Assembly: GCA_965203295.1 (NCBI GenBank)
Contig: CBDBCZ010000010.1
Location: 96,001 to 160,000, forward strand
Direction: 5' to 3'
Length of the DNA: 64,000 bases
Source of the DNA: Nitrospirales bacterium
Lineage (GTDB): Bacteria > Nitrospirota > Nitrospiria > Nitrospirales > UBA8639
Both the position numbers and the translations under genes were made by a program. The number at the start of each line of letters is the position of its first letter. Position 1 is the stretch's first letter. This document shows, in pieces, positions 25,505 through 37,936 of the stretch. The notes under the pieces are model-generated. The model was not told the origin of the DNA. It searched no databases and saw only the letters and a list, made by a program, of their open reading frames with translations.

Positions 25505-27455
25505 ATCCAAGATGCCGAAGTACAAGGGCAGAGGCTGCCGCAGAATGCTGAGCGGAAGCACCAGATGAAGCAGAGGCTGGTAAAGAAACTGCAAACTGCG
25601 AGAGAGGAAGGTCGAATACCATTCAGTGAAGTTACGAATACAATCTCTCAGGCAAGCACCGTCAGTTAAGTTCCATCTGTCACTGTAAACATAGCTTGAG
25701 TTTTTTCCCGTGCACCCAATGCTGCGTTTGATGTGTTGTGGGTAGAGCTACAAAGGGCGCCACTTCCTGCAAACTGGTGTGTTCACCTCAACTTAAGTGG
25801 GGTTATACAGATTTACCAGATGAAGTATAGGCTTCCTGAACCTCCACTTGTAGCCTACTGCCTTTTGATTATGGTAGATCTTTCATGGAGAATGACGTAC
25901 CATGGGGAAAAGATTCCATCAAGTAGCCATTTCCTCGTCGCCTTCCAGCCTGAATAGCGTTGAGGAGGTTATGAAAGTTGCCCACACGGCTGAAACGGCT
26001 AAGACATGTGGTGGAAGTGCAGATGCAGATTTTGTTGCTCTTTGTGAGGGAAGGGGAAGGGCTATCAAAAGCACAGCTGGCAATAATATTGGCATATGTT
26101 GATACAGCAGTTGAGCCCCACACTATTCGACATACCAACTGCCATATTCTCTCCTCTTTTGAAGTTTGTGACGTCTGCCGTCGCTACAGAGGAACATTGA
26201 GGGCTCTGAAGTCAAAGGCAAAAGGTACAGTAGCAAACCTGTCCCAAAGAACAGCACACGACAGCCACACCAAAATCAGTTGCCTGAAAGAATACAGAGG
26301 TTGTCAAGAGGTTGCAGAATGTGCAAAGAGCCAAGAGGACTCTAACTAAAAGCAACCAGAGGCTGAGGAGGAGGCAAAAAACTGATTGAGAAGGAGGGAG
26401 TCCTACTGCATGAAGACGATGAGAGGGACATTGAAGCACTCTTCACTGAAGCCACAACAAGCTGAAGAGCAAGCGTTCCATGCGCTGGCACCCTCTCATG
26501 GTTCGATTCGCTTTCAATCGAAAGTACCTGTCATCAGCAGCCTACAGAGCAGTTGGCCAGTTTCTAGCTCTGCCATCCGAGAGAACATTACGGCACTATA
26601 CCCACTTTGAAAAGTTTAGTTCTGGAACATAACCATCTGTTGTCCACCGCCTCAAGGAAGACATGAACTTTGCAAAATGCACACCATCTGAGCGAAAAGT
26701 CGGTCTCACACAGTCTACTGGACAGTTGGTTGGGTTTGTCGACCTTGGCAAAGTCAATGAGGAACTGGATCGGCTCGCAGTGTCGTTCTATGAAGGTGAA
26801 CAGTAATTGTCTGAACCGCATTTAGCAAAGCAGATGCTTGTTTTAATGGTGCGAACGATATTCAAGCCGTCCTTTACATTTCCCTTATCTCAGTACCCTA
26901 CTGAAAATCTGACGGCTGTGAAGCTCTATCCAGTCATTTGGGAGACTATTGAAGCACTTGAGCTGAATGGTATCGCAGTTGTTTCCTTCACAAGTGATGG
27001 GTACTCTGCCAACCGCAAATTCTACAACCTTTGTGCTAAACAGGGACTTAAAACTGACGTTCCCTTCAAAATTCGGAATCCATACAGATCGTCTTTTATC
27101 TACCTGTTTTGTGATGTCCCCCACCTGTTGAAGACAGCAAGGAATTGCTTCAGCAACTCTATGGCCCACATGAAGAGTCACCGTTTGATGGTATGTGCAC
27201 CATATGTAGTTTCTCCTTTCTCTGCCTGTAACCTCTAATTAAAGCCCACCAACACATTTTTAGTGGCATTTCTACATGTTTGCTTGTTGTTTTGCACAGA
27301 AAAATGATCAGTTGGAAACACACTGAGCAGTTGCACTGAGAGTCTTTACTTAGAGGAGTCCTCATTTACCAATCCCGGTCTATGGCTGTGTCACAAATTA
27401 ACAAAGCATGGCTGACACCATATTCAAAAATGAGGGTCTACTTAGCAGCACAGGA
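25505..27455 (+). pseudogene. P-element (THAP9-like) transposase relic
   Basis: MRWHPLMVRF..YLSSAAYRA..LALPSERTLRHYTH, LAKQMLVLMVRTIF..FPLSQYPT, FTSDGYSANRKFY and YLFCDVPHLLKTARNCFSNS. Many frameshifts; cut at its 3' end by a MITE. Confidence 0.9.
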
Positions 27456-27476
27456 ATGACTGATTGCATGTAACTA

Positions 27477-28124
27477 CAGTGGAACCTCCGAATAGCTGAC
27501 GCGTTGGGACCATTGCTGTTGTTCCTTATTTGGAGGTTGAACCTTAAACGGAGGTCGTGCTTTAAATGACATTAAAGTGTGAGAAAAGCACATTAACACA
27601 TTATTATTACACAATTGTTGTAACTAGAGACTAAAGTACTCCTGTATGGTTCAATGTAAACAACTACTCAGTTTGGAAATAAATGATAATGGAGCTCTGA
27701 TTCACAGAGTCAGAGAAGTTCTTCAGGACATACACGCAGCAGTGCTGTGACTAGATGAAGAGACAGATTGGAGATGCCGAAACAGACTGGACAATGTGCT
27801 AGCACAATTAGTACTCGAGCGACCTGTTCACAGTACTGCATGTAATAGTTTCCGTAAAGTTACGCGGAAGCAATAATTATCTATGATATAATATAGTGTG
27901 CGTTATTCAGAATTCTAGTCGCTATATGGAGGTAAAATGTACAGTAATAGCGATTGCAGACGGCGTGGAGCGGTCGCTATCCGGACTTCAGAGGTTGTCC
28001 GCTACGGGGGGGGGGGGGGGTTAATATACAGTGTTAAATGCAAAAATGTTTTCGTATCCGAGGTAATGTCCGCTATATGGAATGAATCCGCTATTCGGGG
28101 GATCCGCTATCGGAGGTTTCACTG
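27477..28124. mobile_element. Tc1/mariner-pogo (Tigger-like) MITE
   Basis: TA|CAGTGGAACCTCCGA ... TCGGAGGTTTCACTG|TA; TA target duplication, 648 bp. Confidence 0.9.
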
Positions 28125-28299
28125 TAATTAGATCAGGGCTTCAAACATGCCACATTAACAGTTCTACCTTACTTTGTGTGTAGTGCTTGGCCTCTGGGTA
28201 GTTTTGTATGGAAAATGCTTCCCCAACATCAGGACTCACAGTTTTTCTCCCTTTATAGGATTTCAATATACTCGGACAGTCTCGACTAGCTTTGAGGTC

Positions 28300-28690
28300 C
28301 AATAATGGTTGAACCAACTGTACAAAAAGCTCCAATCGAAAGAGTCGCTGTGACTAGATTTTACTCTGTGGATTGTGTATACGAAAATTATTTAAGAGTT
28401 GATGATTGCTATATCTACAAGACGCCAGAAAAACTTTTTCCACCACTTGATGGTGCGTCTCTGGGTCAGAGAATAGTAAGAAAGTTGTTGGTCTGCTAGG
28501 TCAACTCCTCCCATAAACTGATTATAATCATGTATAGCTGTTGGACAAGGAGTTTGTACTTTGTCTCGACCTCCTTTGGGTCTTTTCATTACTGTGTAGA
28601 CTGATCTATTGTGCATTGAACTTAGAACATGGACATCACTCCAGAACATAGCTGTTACATCTTCAAATGTTGCGAATCGAAAGTTTCCTA
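28300..28690 (-). pseudogene. piggyBac transposase fragment
   Basis: VHVLSSMH..CPTAIHDYNQFMGGVDLADQQLSYY..KWWKKFFWRLVDIAIINS. Confidence 0.9.
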
Positions 28691-28756
28691 ATTCCAATAA
28701 TTTGGCCGACCATCCATCCTTGCTGAGGAATCCTTTGAACAAGTCACATCCATTAA

Positions 28757-29391
28757 CTCTTTGCACGCGAAGTGCAGGAAAACATGCACGCGTTATTATG
28801 TTAGTCTACGCGAAGTGTAGGAAAACATGCATCCGGCATTAAACGAGTGTTGTAACCACAGTGCGGTGTAGAAGCCAGCCCACTTACGCTCGATGGACAC
28901 GTGGGGGCATCCCCCTTCTATACATACCTTGTGGGCGGCGTCAGTAGCAAACCACAAACTGCTGCAACCGGAAGTATAATATCGCGCGATGGCTGCCGAT
29001 CGAGAGAAGCGTCTTGAAACCGTAGAATCCGTGACAGTTCCTGTTTCTTGTGAATTGTGTAGGTGCCTAAGGATGTCTCAACCACTACTGCTTTGTTTTA
29101 CATCGCCTCGGCCCCCTGGCATACGTCCTGATGCCTTCAAACGGGTGAGAAATTCAAACGGCTCTACACGCTTAGGCATTTGCCGATTCTAGCTAGCTAA
29201 AAACAGCTTTCTACTTTAGCAATGACTTTATACGGCATTGCTAAGTTTAGTTAAAGCTTCTACACAAGCTTTTTAGGTCCAAATAAGCCATCAGAAAGCT
29301 GTGTCAATAGAAATCAACAACCGGAACAAAATTATTTCATTAATTACGCATCCACACCCATCCTACGTCATTTTACGTCGCGTGCAAAGAG
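28757..29391. mobile_element. piggyBac-type MITE
   Basis: TTAA|CTCTTTGCACGCGA ... TCGCGTGCAAAGAG|TTAA; 635 bp. Confidence 0.92.
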
Positions 29392-29449
29392 TTAATACAC
29401 CAGCTGAATCTAGCTGTGTGGCCAGTGTCAGGGCTTCCCTTGAAAGTTA

Positions 29450-30865
29450 GGCAATTTCAGAGAGGTGTCAGCTCTTATTTTGTCTTCTTGGCAGAAAGCA
29501 ACTGAGACAGCATACTCATGCAGCTGGAGGCAATGAGTGGTAGTGTGCCAGATCTGGAGGCAGCTCGATTTGTGCCTCTCTGAATGCGATTCTAGATTTT
29601 CTGGCTAGTGAAAACAGAGCAATAAACTCCCATCACTCAACTGTTTCTGTGCCCCACATGCTGATTGATGAAATTGTGGTGGGGAAGCACCCACCTGTGA
29701 CTACGTTGTTGAAAGGAGTCTTAACAACTGGGCTTTGCAGCCTAGATACGCAGCTATATACACGGGATGTAGGGCAGGTATTGGAGAACAATGCTTCAAT
29801 AGGAAGGAATGAGAATCTCGGCTATCACACAAGCTTGCAATGTTTATGGCAGTATCTTATTATGCGAGCAGAGAATCAGAGATTTTTGCACACAATACTA
29901 GATTTTTTGAGCAGGAACGAAGGTGGTATCTCCTTTACCATCGCAGAGCTGACTAAGACAGCTCGTCCTGCCAAGAAGGCAATCTATCAAAGGGGAGAAG
30001 TTATGTCCAGATAGGGCACTGAATGAATACCTGTAGCATACCGATCGATCAAAAAGGGAAAACCAGTTGAGAACGCAGCTGTTCCTATCAGTGGTAAAGC
30101 CCTGTAGGGAAATCCACCATTGTGAGATGGATGAAACCAGTCATTCATGTGGCTGGAGTGGACAAACACTTCAATGCACACTTGATGAAAGGAGCAGCAG
30201 CGACAGCTGCCTTCATGCAGGAAATGTCACTGTCACATATCTTGAAGAGTGCTGACTGGTCTTCAGACAATGTTTCAAAACGTTTTGTAATAGACCATCA
30301 GAGCAGAGGCCAATAGCCATGCTCGATGTGATCATTAGGAAATAAGTAATGCACATTTTAGTTTTTAGCGTATGATTATTGGCATTGATTTTTTTGGCAT
30401 TCATGGAATTGATCTTTTTGCTTCATGGAGTTCAAATTTCATTTTTGGATATAAGTTGCCGAACATGATTTGGTGATACAGAATGAGACACATTTGGCTT
30501 TGAACAGCACATATTATATTCACAGCCCAATGCTCCAAAGTACAATTTATGATCTTGCAAGGGTCTGCAAGACCAGAAGTGAGGTCCAAATTGTATGAGC
30601 CGAGGGCGAGAATATGATAGTGCCTCCCTTGAGCATGAAAGCTCTAAAAATTTTGTCCCACCCTTATCAGATACTCACTCCAAAGCAAACTAAAAGGGCG
30701 CCAAGACAGTGCCAATAAAATTTTGTGGTTAGGGGTCACGTGAATTCAATATTTTTTGTGAACTTGCTGTCATTGAAGGTAAACACATCATATTCTTGCC
30801 CTTGGCTCCTAATACAATTTGACCTCACTTTAGGTTGTGCAGACCCTTGCAAGATCATGAATTGC
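29450..30865 (+). mobile_element. DIRS-like tyrosine-recombinase retroelement 3' relic
   Basis: Degraded YR: INSHHSTVS..VGKHPPVTTLLKGV (SAM-like N-domain) and AGVDKHFNAHLMKGAAATAA..ILKSADWSS. An inverted pair at 30543-30620 / 30788-30864 resembles the DIRS ICR/terminal-repeat arrangement. Confidence 0.75.
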
Positions 30866-31529
30866 AGAGGTATCACTGGGACTTTCATAGGCAATAATTG
30901 ACACTGGGAGAAAGACCATAAGTACGTTAAAGTTGACATAGTAACCAAGAACTATAATTTACATGTTGCCTCTGACTGAGGGGTTGACAGCACTGTACAT
31001 ATCAATCCTCCACATTCCAATCAAGTACTGTAACATCTTGTATAATAGTACATTAAACCGACGAAATAGTTATACAGAGTATATATTACAGCAGTGACTT
31101 CATGCACGATATATGATTCACCGTCAGTGACTTTACTAACAGGGTACCCAACACTTAGGATGAAAGGGATCTTTGTTAATCCTACTGAGACTATTGTCTA
31201 GCTACCTCCAGACTTGTTTCCTCTCCAAAAGATCTTGACTGCTCACAACCTTTGGGCAGAGGTACCGATAAATTGCTGAAATAAAATAAGTCATGCATAA
31301 TTAGATTGTATATGCCATGTGATACAATGCAGTATGTCTAATGTCTAACAGGCCTCTCCTGGAGAAACTGGCTTTTTCTTGCCTACGGGGCCAAGGTATC
31401 CCACAGCTCCTATCACAGTTAATCGGATTGGTTCAAAGTGAGAATTTTAGTCATATGATACACAATCTGAACAAGGATCCGATTGGACAGATGACGTGAT
31501 CAGCCCCACTCCATACTACAACGAACAGC

Positions 31530-32260
31530 AATGCAGAGATAGGCAACACCAATACAGATTTGGGTAGCATCAATACAGAGATGGGCAACACAAATAGAAA
31601 TGGGCAACACAAATACAGAAATTGTCAACACAAGTAGGGAAATGGGCAACACCAGTACAGAGATGGGCAACACAAATATGCGGACCAGCAACACCATCGT
31701 AGATATAGGCAACACCAATACAGAGATGCATGGACAACAGCAGTACAGAGATAGGCAACAACAACAAAGAGATGGATAACACCAGTAACAGAGATGGGCA
31801 ACACCAATACAGGGATGGGCAACACCAATAGAGATAGGCAACACCAGTACAGAGATGGGCAACACCACTACAGAGATGGGCAATGCTAATACAGAGATGG
31901 GCAACGCTAATACAGAGATGGGCAACTCCAATACAGATATGAGCAACACCAATACAAAGATGGTGACACCAATAGATATAAGCAACACCAATACAGAGAC
32001 GGCAACACTAATACAAAGAGCAACACCAATACAAAGACGGCAACACCAATACAAGTATGAGCAACACCAATACAAAGATGGGCAACACGAATATAGTGAT
32101 GAAAAACACCAATACAGAGATGGCAACACCAGTACAGAGATGGGAAACACCAATACAAAAAATGGCAACGCCAATGCAGAAAAATGGGCGACACGAGTAC
32201 AGAGATGGGCAACACCAATATAAACATGGGCAACACCAATACAAAGATGGGGACAATTGA
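31530..32260. repeat. 21-bp minisatellite, about 33 units (GGGCAACACCAATACAGAGAT)
   Basis: The unit is directly visible throughout and generates spurious VLVLPIS / GNTNTEM ORFs. Confidence 0.95.
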
Positions 32261-32939
32261 CAACACTCATACAAACAGGGACTGACAAAGACCTGCAGGC
32301 AATGCTTTTTATGTGCAGAGAGAATGGAAACAGAGATGCATGCATGAGAACACCAATTAACTCATTAGTACATAAGACAATTTATGCAACACCAGTTGTG
32401 AACACTAATGAACAGATCTAAGCAACCACAATTAATACTTGTAGTGTACTATGTGGGCAAATCAAACACTGGAAGTAAAAATATCAGTAATAATTCACTC
32501 TCTTGATATATTTCCTTTTTCCACAGGGCAGAAATACAGCAAGACGTAATTATATACACAACAGGGGTATAATATTGCGACAGTCGTGATCATGCTCATA
32601 ATAATTATAAATATTGAAAAGTTCAAGCACCTACGTGTACTGTACTAATAGCTAACTAAGCACACGTGTGGATCAGCGCAAATCCAGAGTACTGCTGCCT
32701 TTACCGGTCATTCGACAACAGCTTGACCTCATCATATGTAAGTTCAAACAACTGTGTGAGTGGGACTTCTGGGCGAGGCTGTGAGGTCGTGTTGATGTTG
32801 ATAACACATCCTTGCATGTTCTGGAACTGGAAGGAGTGTCCGGGTATAGGTCCTGCAGTCCAAGAAGGTGAAGCTTGAGCGGTCCAAGAATCAATGTATG
32901 GCTGCCAAGAGCGGTAGGATTACCGAGACATTCCTCTAC

Positions 32940-33620
32940 TGATGTTCCGATGTATTCTCATAGCGGTGGCGTGCATCTAGGCTTTTATGTCCAGTCGCTG
33001 CTGTCTCAGCTTCTCTTGTATGCCAGCCGAGAATAGCAGAGTTACCCCAGCAGCCCTCAAGCTATGGTTGGTTTTGTTGCCATGGACCCCAGCCTCAGCG
33101 CACATATCCTTCACCATGCTTTGAAGGGAATTCCAGCCAATTGGTTGAATACTGAACCACGCCTTACTGGGATCAACAGGTGTAGCAGCCAGAGGACGAA
33201 GATAGAAATTGTCCCTTTCAAAGGCAGTTAGTGGGATGTGTGCGTGTATTCTAGAGGAAGACATGGCACCGTTCAACTAAGGCCAGGCATACTGACGAAC
33301 AACCTTGTGTTCATGTCTCAGATGCTTCAACCCCCCTTTGTGGTTCTTAGAACCATTTTCCACATACTTCCAGTGGTCAACTCCTCTGACGAATTGGGAC
33401 AGCTTCAGGTCTCAATGTTCCTGTCCCCCTTGCAAGCTGAATATTTTCCCATTCAAGAAGCACAGAGCAAAGCCTTAGGGGAAGGTACTCCAAGCACACC
33501 AGTACTCCACAGCATATTTTCTGCCTTTGCTGTAATAATTTCGGCATGCTTGACATCAGCACCAACTCAATTCTTGTGCGGACACTGCAACTTTGTCACC
33601 AGTTCCACGGAAACTGTGTA
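32940..33620 (-). pseudogene. Crypton-like tyrosine recombinase (DUF3504-type) relic
   Basis: NFYLRPL..AWFSIQPIGWNSLQSMVKDMCAEAGVHGNKTNHSLRAAGVTLLFSAG (HxLR catalytic motif), followed by a frameshifted GHKSL..RRYE. Confidence 0.85.
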
Positions 33621-34114
33621 AGCAATGGTCAGTCTGATCAAATTGTATTACTGTACTACTTCCTTTAATGATGCTGCAAGGAACGATCGGTCTACCTAAA
33701 TTCAGTGCAACCAGAATGCTAAGCAGCATGACTGACTCAATAGCTGTACAAACTCACTGGCTTTACAAATGGCTGGATCAATAAAAGCGTCAGCATGTGC
33801 TGTTGCGGTTTGCGAGCAGTACACATGCGTACATAACGTAATTAAATTTAATAATTATAGTCATAGTAATTGATCCAATAATAACATTCTTCTGCGAGAC
33901 TAAAGATGTGGGCGGTGGAATTTTTCCCTCGCATGACTATAAATTTAAGATAGGTATGGTAGTTTACCACAGAGGTTCTTGTACTGAGAGCTCAAGTAAT
34001 CAAGCATTTTTTCTGTAATGGAAATGGCTTCTCTTGTGATACACTCTCCCAAAATAATGTGCTACTGCACCCCAAGAGTGCAAGGTGAGTGTGATACACA
34101 GGTGTAAAATTTGT

Positions 34115-34280
34115 TCACCTTTCCAGTAACAACTTGTCGAAATGCTCCTTGGTGTCCTCATAATGGTGTTTGGAGGCTTCAGTGCTGAAAGACGTACACT
34201 GAAGACATCAACATGCCTTCCAATGTAATAAGATAACCTCAAGAAGGTGAACCATAGGGACAATTTTTTACCCATTCCCT
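34115..34280 (-). pseudogene. EnSpm/CACTA transposase fragment
   Basis: YYIGRHVDVFSVRLSALKPPNTIMRTPRSI..YWK is typical of animal EnSpm transposases. Confidence 0.7.
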
Positions 34281-35134
34281 CCAAATGCCTTTGACTACAC
34301 TATCAGGCTATGATGTGAATAGCTCTTAACTCCCCGACACCGCTAGAAAAAAGTTTTATTATGTAACTAAGTTAGCAATTAAAAATAAACCTTTGTGAAC
34401 TATGAGAAGGTAGGGAATCTTGCACAGTTGCTAGATGAATGACATGCATCAATCTATAATGCCACCAAAGACTACTAGATGTGGGTGTGTATGTAAGTAG
34501 GTTGAACAACAGCATGGACTATTATTCGTAGTCATTTGAAAACTAAAACAATACCCCTTGAGTTCTCAAAGCCCTAAGATCCAGAGTGTAAAACTCCTTA
34601 TGGCTTCTCATGTGTGAAGGTGGAGTTAAAACTTGATTCTTGGAGAGATTTGGAAACTTTGATTTTATATTGCGTATATGGAGTGTCCATGCCATCCCTA
34701 TATAGAGTGTCCACCGACTCTCTGATACTTCTTCCAATTGTTACTGCATTGTAGCATCCATGTTGTATATGCAATGGTATTTTGTATCCTCGAGCATAAT
34801 CATTTATAGCTGCATAAATGGTGGCAGCAATATCATGGTGCCAAACAAGGAAGGTTGATGAAATGGTTCAGCACAATGGTTGTTGTAGTAGTATACTTTA
34901 CTATATCATAATGGTCTTTATATAGCTTGTAGCACCCAAGGGAGGGGTGTATCTGCTTTTGTAAGGCTGAGACCCCAGGCCTAGTGCAAAGACTACAAAC
35001 CAGATACACCCCTCCCTTGTATACTATAAACCATTTGTAGTATCTTGAGATTGGGCGAGAATAGGTTAGCAACAGTGCGCTTAGGCCATCACTTATTAAT
35101 AACTTGTTTCCTGTCCTAAATACCCTTGTATTGC

Positions 35135-36100
35135 AGGAATTACAAATTGTACAATGAATGTACATCTTTTGATGCACCTCACTCATGTGAGGCTATACGG
35201 CCCCCTTTGGACACACTCTTGCTTCCTCTTTGAATCTCTGAATGGTCAGCTGATCCACCTACAGCATGGCACTCACCATGTTGCCTTGCAGGTAAATACT
35301 ATTACCTACTACATGAGTATTACATTTCTAATAATTACCAAAACATTTCACAACCATAATTATGTTACCTACAAGCTCAGTGGTGCCTTATAAAATCTGA
35401 ATCTGGAATGGTCAAAAGCACAGGTTAAGGCTCTAATTCATAAGCATCTAAATGGTCAGGAACATCAGTAAGTTCTTGTATTTGTTGAAGATACCATTCG
35501 GTAGATTGTTGATAATTGCACTTTGGTATGTATAGCAAACCCTGGCAGCCTACCGACACGAAGGATTGTTTTTGTGTTGGAAAGCAGGAAAAAGCAAAAA
35601 TTGAAGAATAAGATCTCCATTCAATCAACAGGTACCTTGCTATAACCAAAGATTCACCACTTCGTCTTGGTTTGTTAGTACACTACTTCTGCAGGGTCAG
35701 CCTCAGAGGAGAAATGTTTCATTCCAGGAGGTAAGCGTAGATGATCCTTCACCATTAGATGTCAGATATCTAGTTGCTACTGGTTGCATGCTTATAGATA
35801 CCAGAGGGCCAAAAAACAGCTACACTATTGTGATGCAGACACAGAATGTCTGAGGGGAAATCAAATTTTAATGTAATTGTACTAACAAATTCAGGAGTGG
35901 CCTACTTAACTATTGTAAAGCTTCATCCTGTCCCACTGAAGTGAGGAAACACTGCACTGAAATCCACTCTGAACAGTATTATTCTACCAGTAGCGAAGAG
36001 CAGTGTTCTTGTTGCTACTCCCATCAGTGAAATCAGTAAATATGTGCAAACACAGGGGTTGCAGGCTCACAATGTGTCGTTTCAAACTGTATTGTGAAGG
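35135..36100 (+). pseudogene. EnSpm/CACTA transposase 3' fragment
   Basis: CTMNVHLLMHLTHVRLYGPLWTHSCFLFESLNGQL..HGT motif, followed by decayed exon-like sequence. Confidence 0.8.
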
Positions 36101-37936
36101 ATTAATGCACAATCAATATTTGAACAATCACGTATCATTCGTTATAAAAATTTAAATTGCTAGATGGATTACATTCCCAAAATTGTTAGATATATTGAAT
36201 ACCGCGCCGTCTGATCGCGGAAATACGGTACATGTATTATGCAAAATATTATATTATCTGTAAACACATGACTGTATAATATTATCTCATTCTTATTGGT
36301 AAGAAATAGTGTATGGTGGCAGATTCTTACATCATTATATTTTACTTTGTCATCAGAATTTAAATTTTCCTACGAGAATTTGTTTTTATCATAAGAATCT
36401 TATTAGAACTAGTGACTTTCTGTAAGGGTACGACCTCATTGAAAAACACATGCACCAGCACATACGAGGGTGTGGGCTTGTCAGTTTTTTGTTGGCTACA
36501 CTGAAAGATGATTGTGTGTATGCTGCATGACGCTATAGCAACACTGCATGTACATCAATTTTGACACAATATACCTCTTATTGGGGTACGTTGACTCAAT
36601 TTGCACGTCTCGACCGATTAATTTGTGATTGCAATATAGGTTAGAAGGTCCCCCTACAAATTTTCTTCACTTATTGTACCTATTGTCGACTGCAGTCTTG
36701 CGATTGTTTGATAATTTAATGGCAGGTAATAGCCAAGGGTATCATAGCCAAGGGTATCTGTGTTGTATCATGCTGTCATACCTGAAGGCAAGCGATGAAG
36801 TAGGGCCTCGAAAAAGTGACGTGACCCGCCAGATTATATATATACTAGGTATTCCCAAGCCCATTCTGGCTGTTTCCATACCAGATTCCCTGACCTACCT
36901 ATGCAAGAAGAAGTGTATGGAGCAGAGGTATGTATATTGATGACAGCACTAAACCTTGACTAAAACTTGTTCTTTTGACAAATTTATATCCCTTCCTTGA
37001 AGAACCTGTGAGCATACCATACTTTCAACTTTGCTTGCATTGTACTGATGGCATACTAAGTTTTAAGCAGTACTTTGTTGTCCTAAACAGATGATTGCAA
37101 GCTGATGTAGATCAGTTTGCCTGCACTTGCATGAGTCACAGGCTAAGTAGTTTGGCGCGTGAGACTAGACTAGAATTTAGTTATTTACAAGCCTCATGCT
37201 CGCCTGCTGAAAGGTCTGAGCATGAGACTTACATCAACGGATGTGGGATGTATGATTGCGGGGGCGGCCTAGGCTCACTAGGCAGGTGACGGCACATGAA
37301 TTGGAATCCGCTAAGCAATCAGACTGTTGCAATATCATAGCATTAGCACCTTCTTTCCTGTGTGATACAAATTGAAAGGTGTGGCTTTAGACTAAGAATT
37401 TGTGGAATGCACTTTGTTTAAGCAGAGTAAAATCGTGCTACCTACATACAGTTTGTGTAGGTCTGTACCTAGCATGGTTATAACCAATGTTGACACTTGT
37501 GTTCAAGTACTGAGGTGACAGCTACTTCAATAGTCCTTGTACGTACGTATATGCCGGTGTTGCTTCATGATGCAGTGTTTGCTGTCCTCGTCTTTCACTG
37601 CACCAAACCTGTTCTGGCTTCAAAAGTACTTTGGGTTGGTCATGTACTGATTCTAAAAGCTGGTGGGAAAATGGCTCCACTGAACTACCAAACAGAAGTG
37701 ACATCATCCAGGAAAATGCTGCCAAGGGGATTTCAAAAATGTAAGAATATCGGCCACTAACCCAAACAGCAGTCAATTGCATTATAGATGTGAGCCGATG
37801 GCATTTGAAGATTTTTTTGCACTTCAAGGAGTTCTTTCTTCCCGTAGTGTTGCTGTCAGTGCTATTCCTGAGCTTACAAGCATACTGCTCGGACAAGTCC
37901 ATCTGTATTTCCTTTCCAAGGTCTGGAGATAACATC

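Noticed and set aside
31500..32345. 281-aa hydrophobic ORF as a membrane protein
   Set aside because: It is the translation of a 21-bp minisatellite that is open in several frames.
36440..37930. Short ORFs as genes (also 10440-11000)
   Set aside because: I could recognise no motifs or consistent exon chain.
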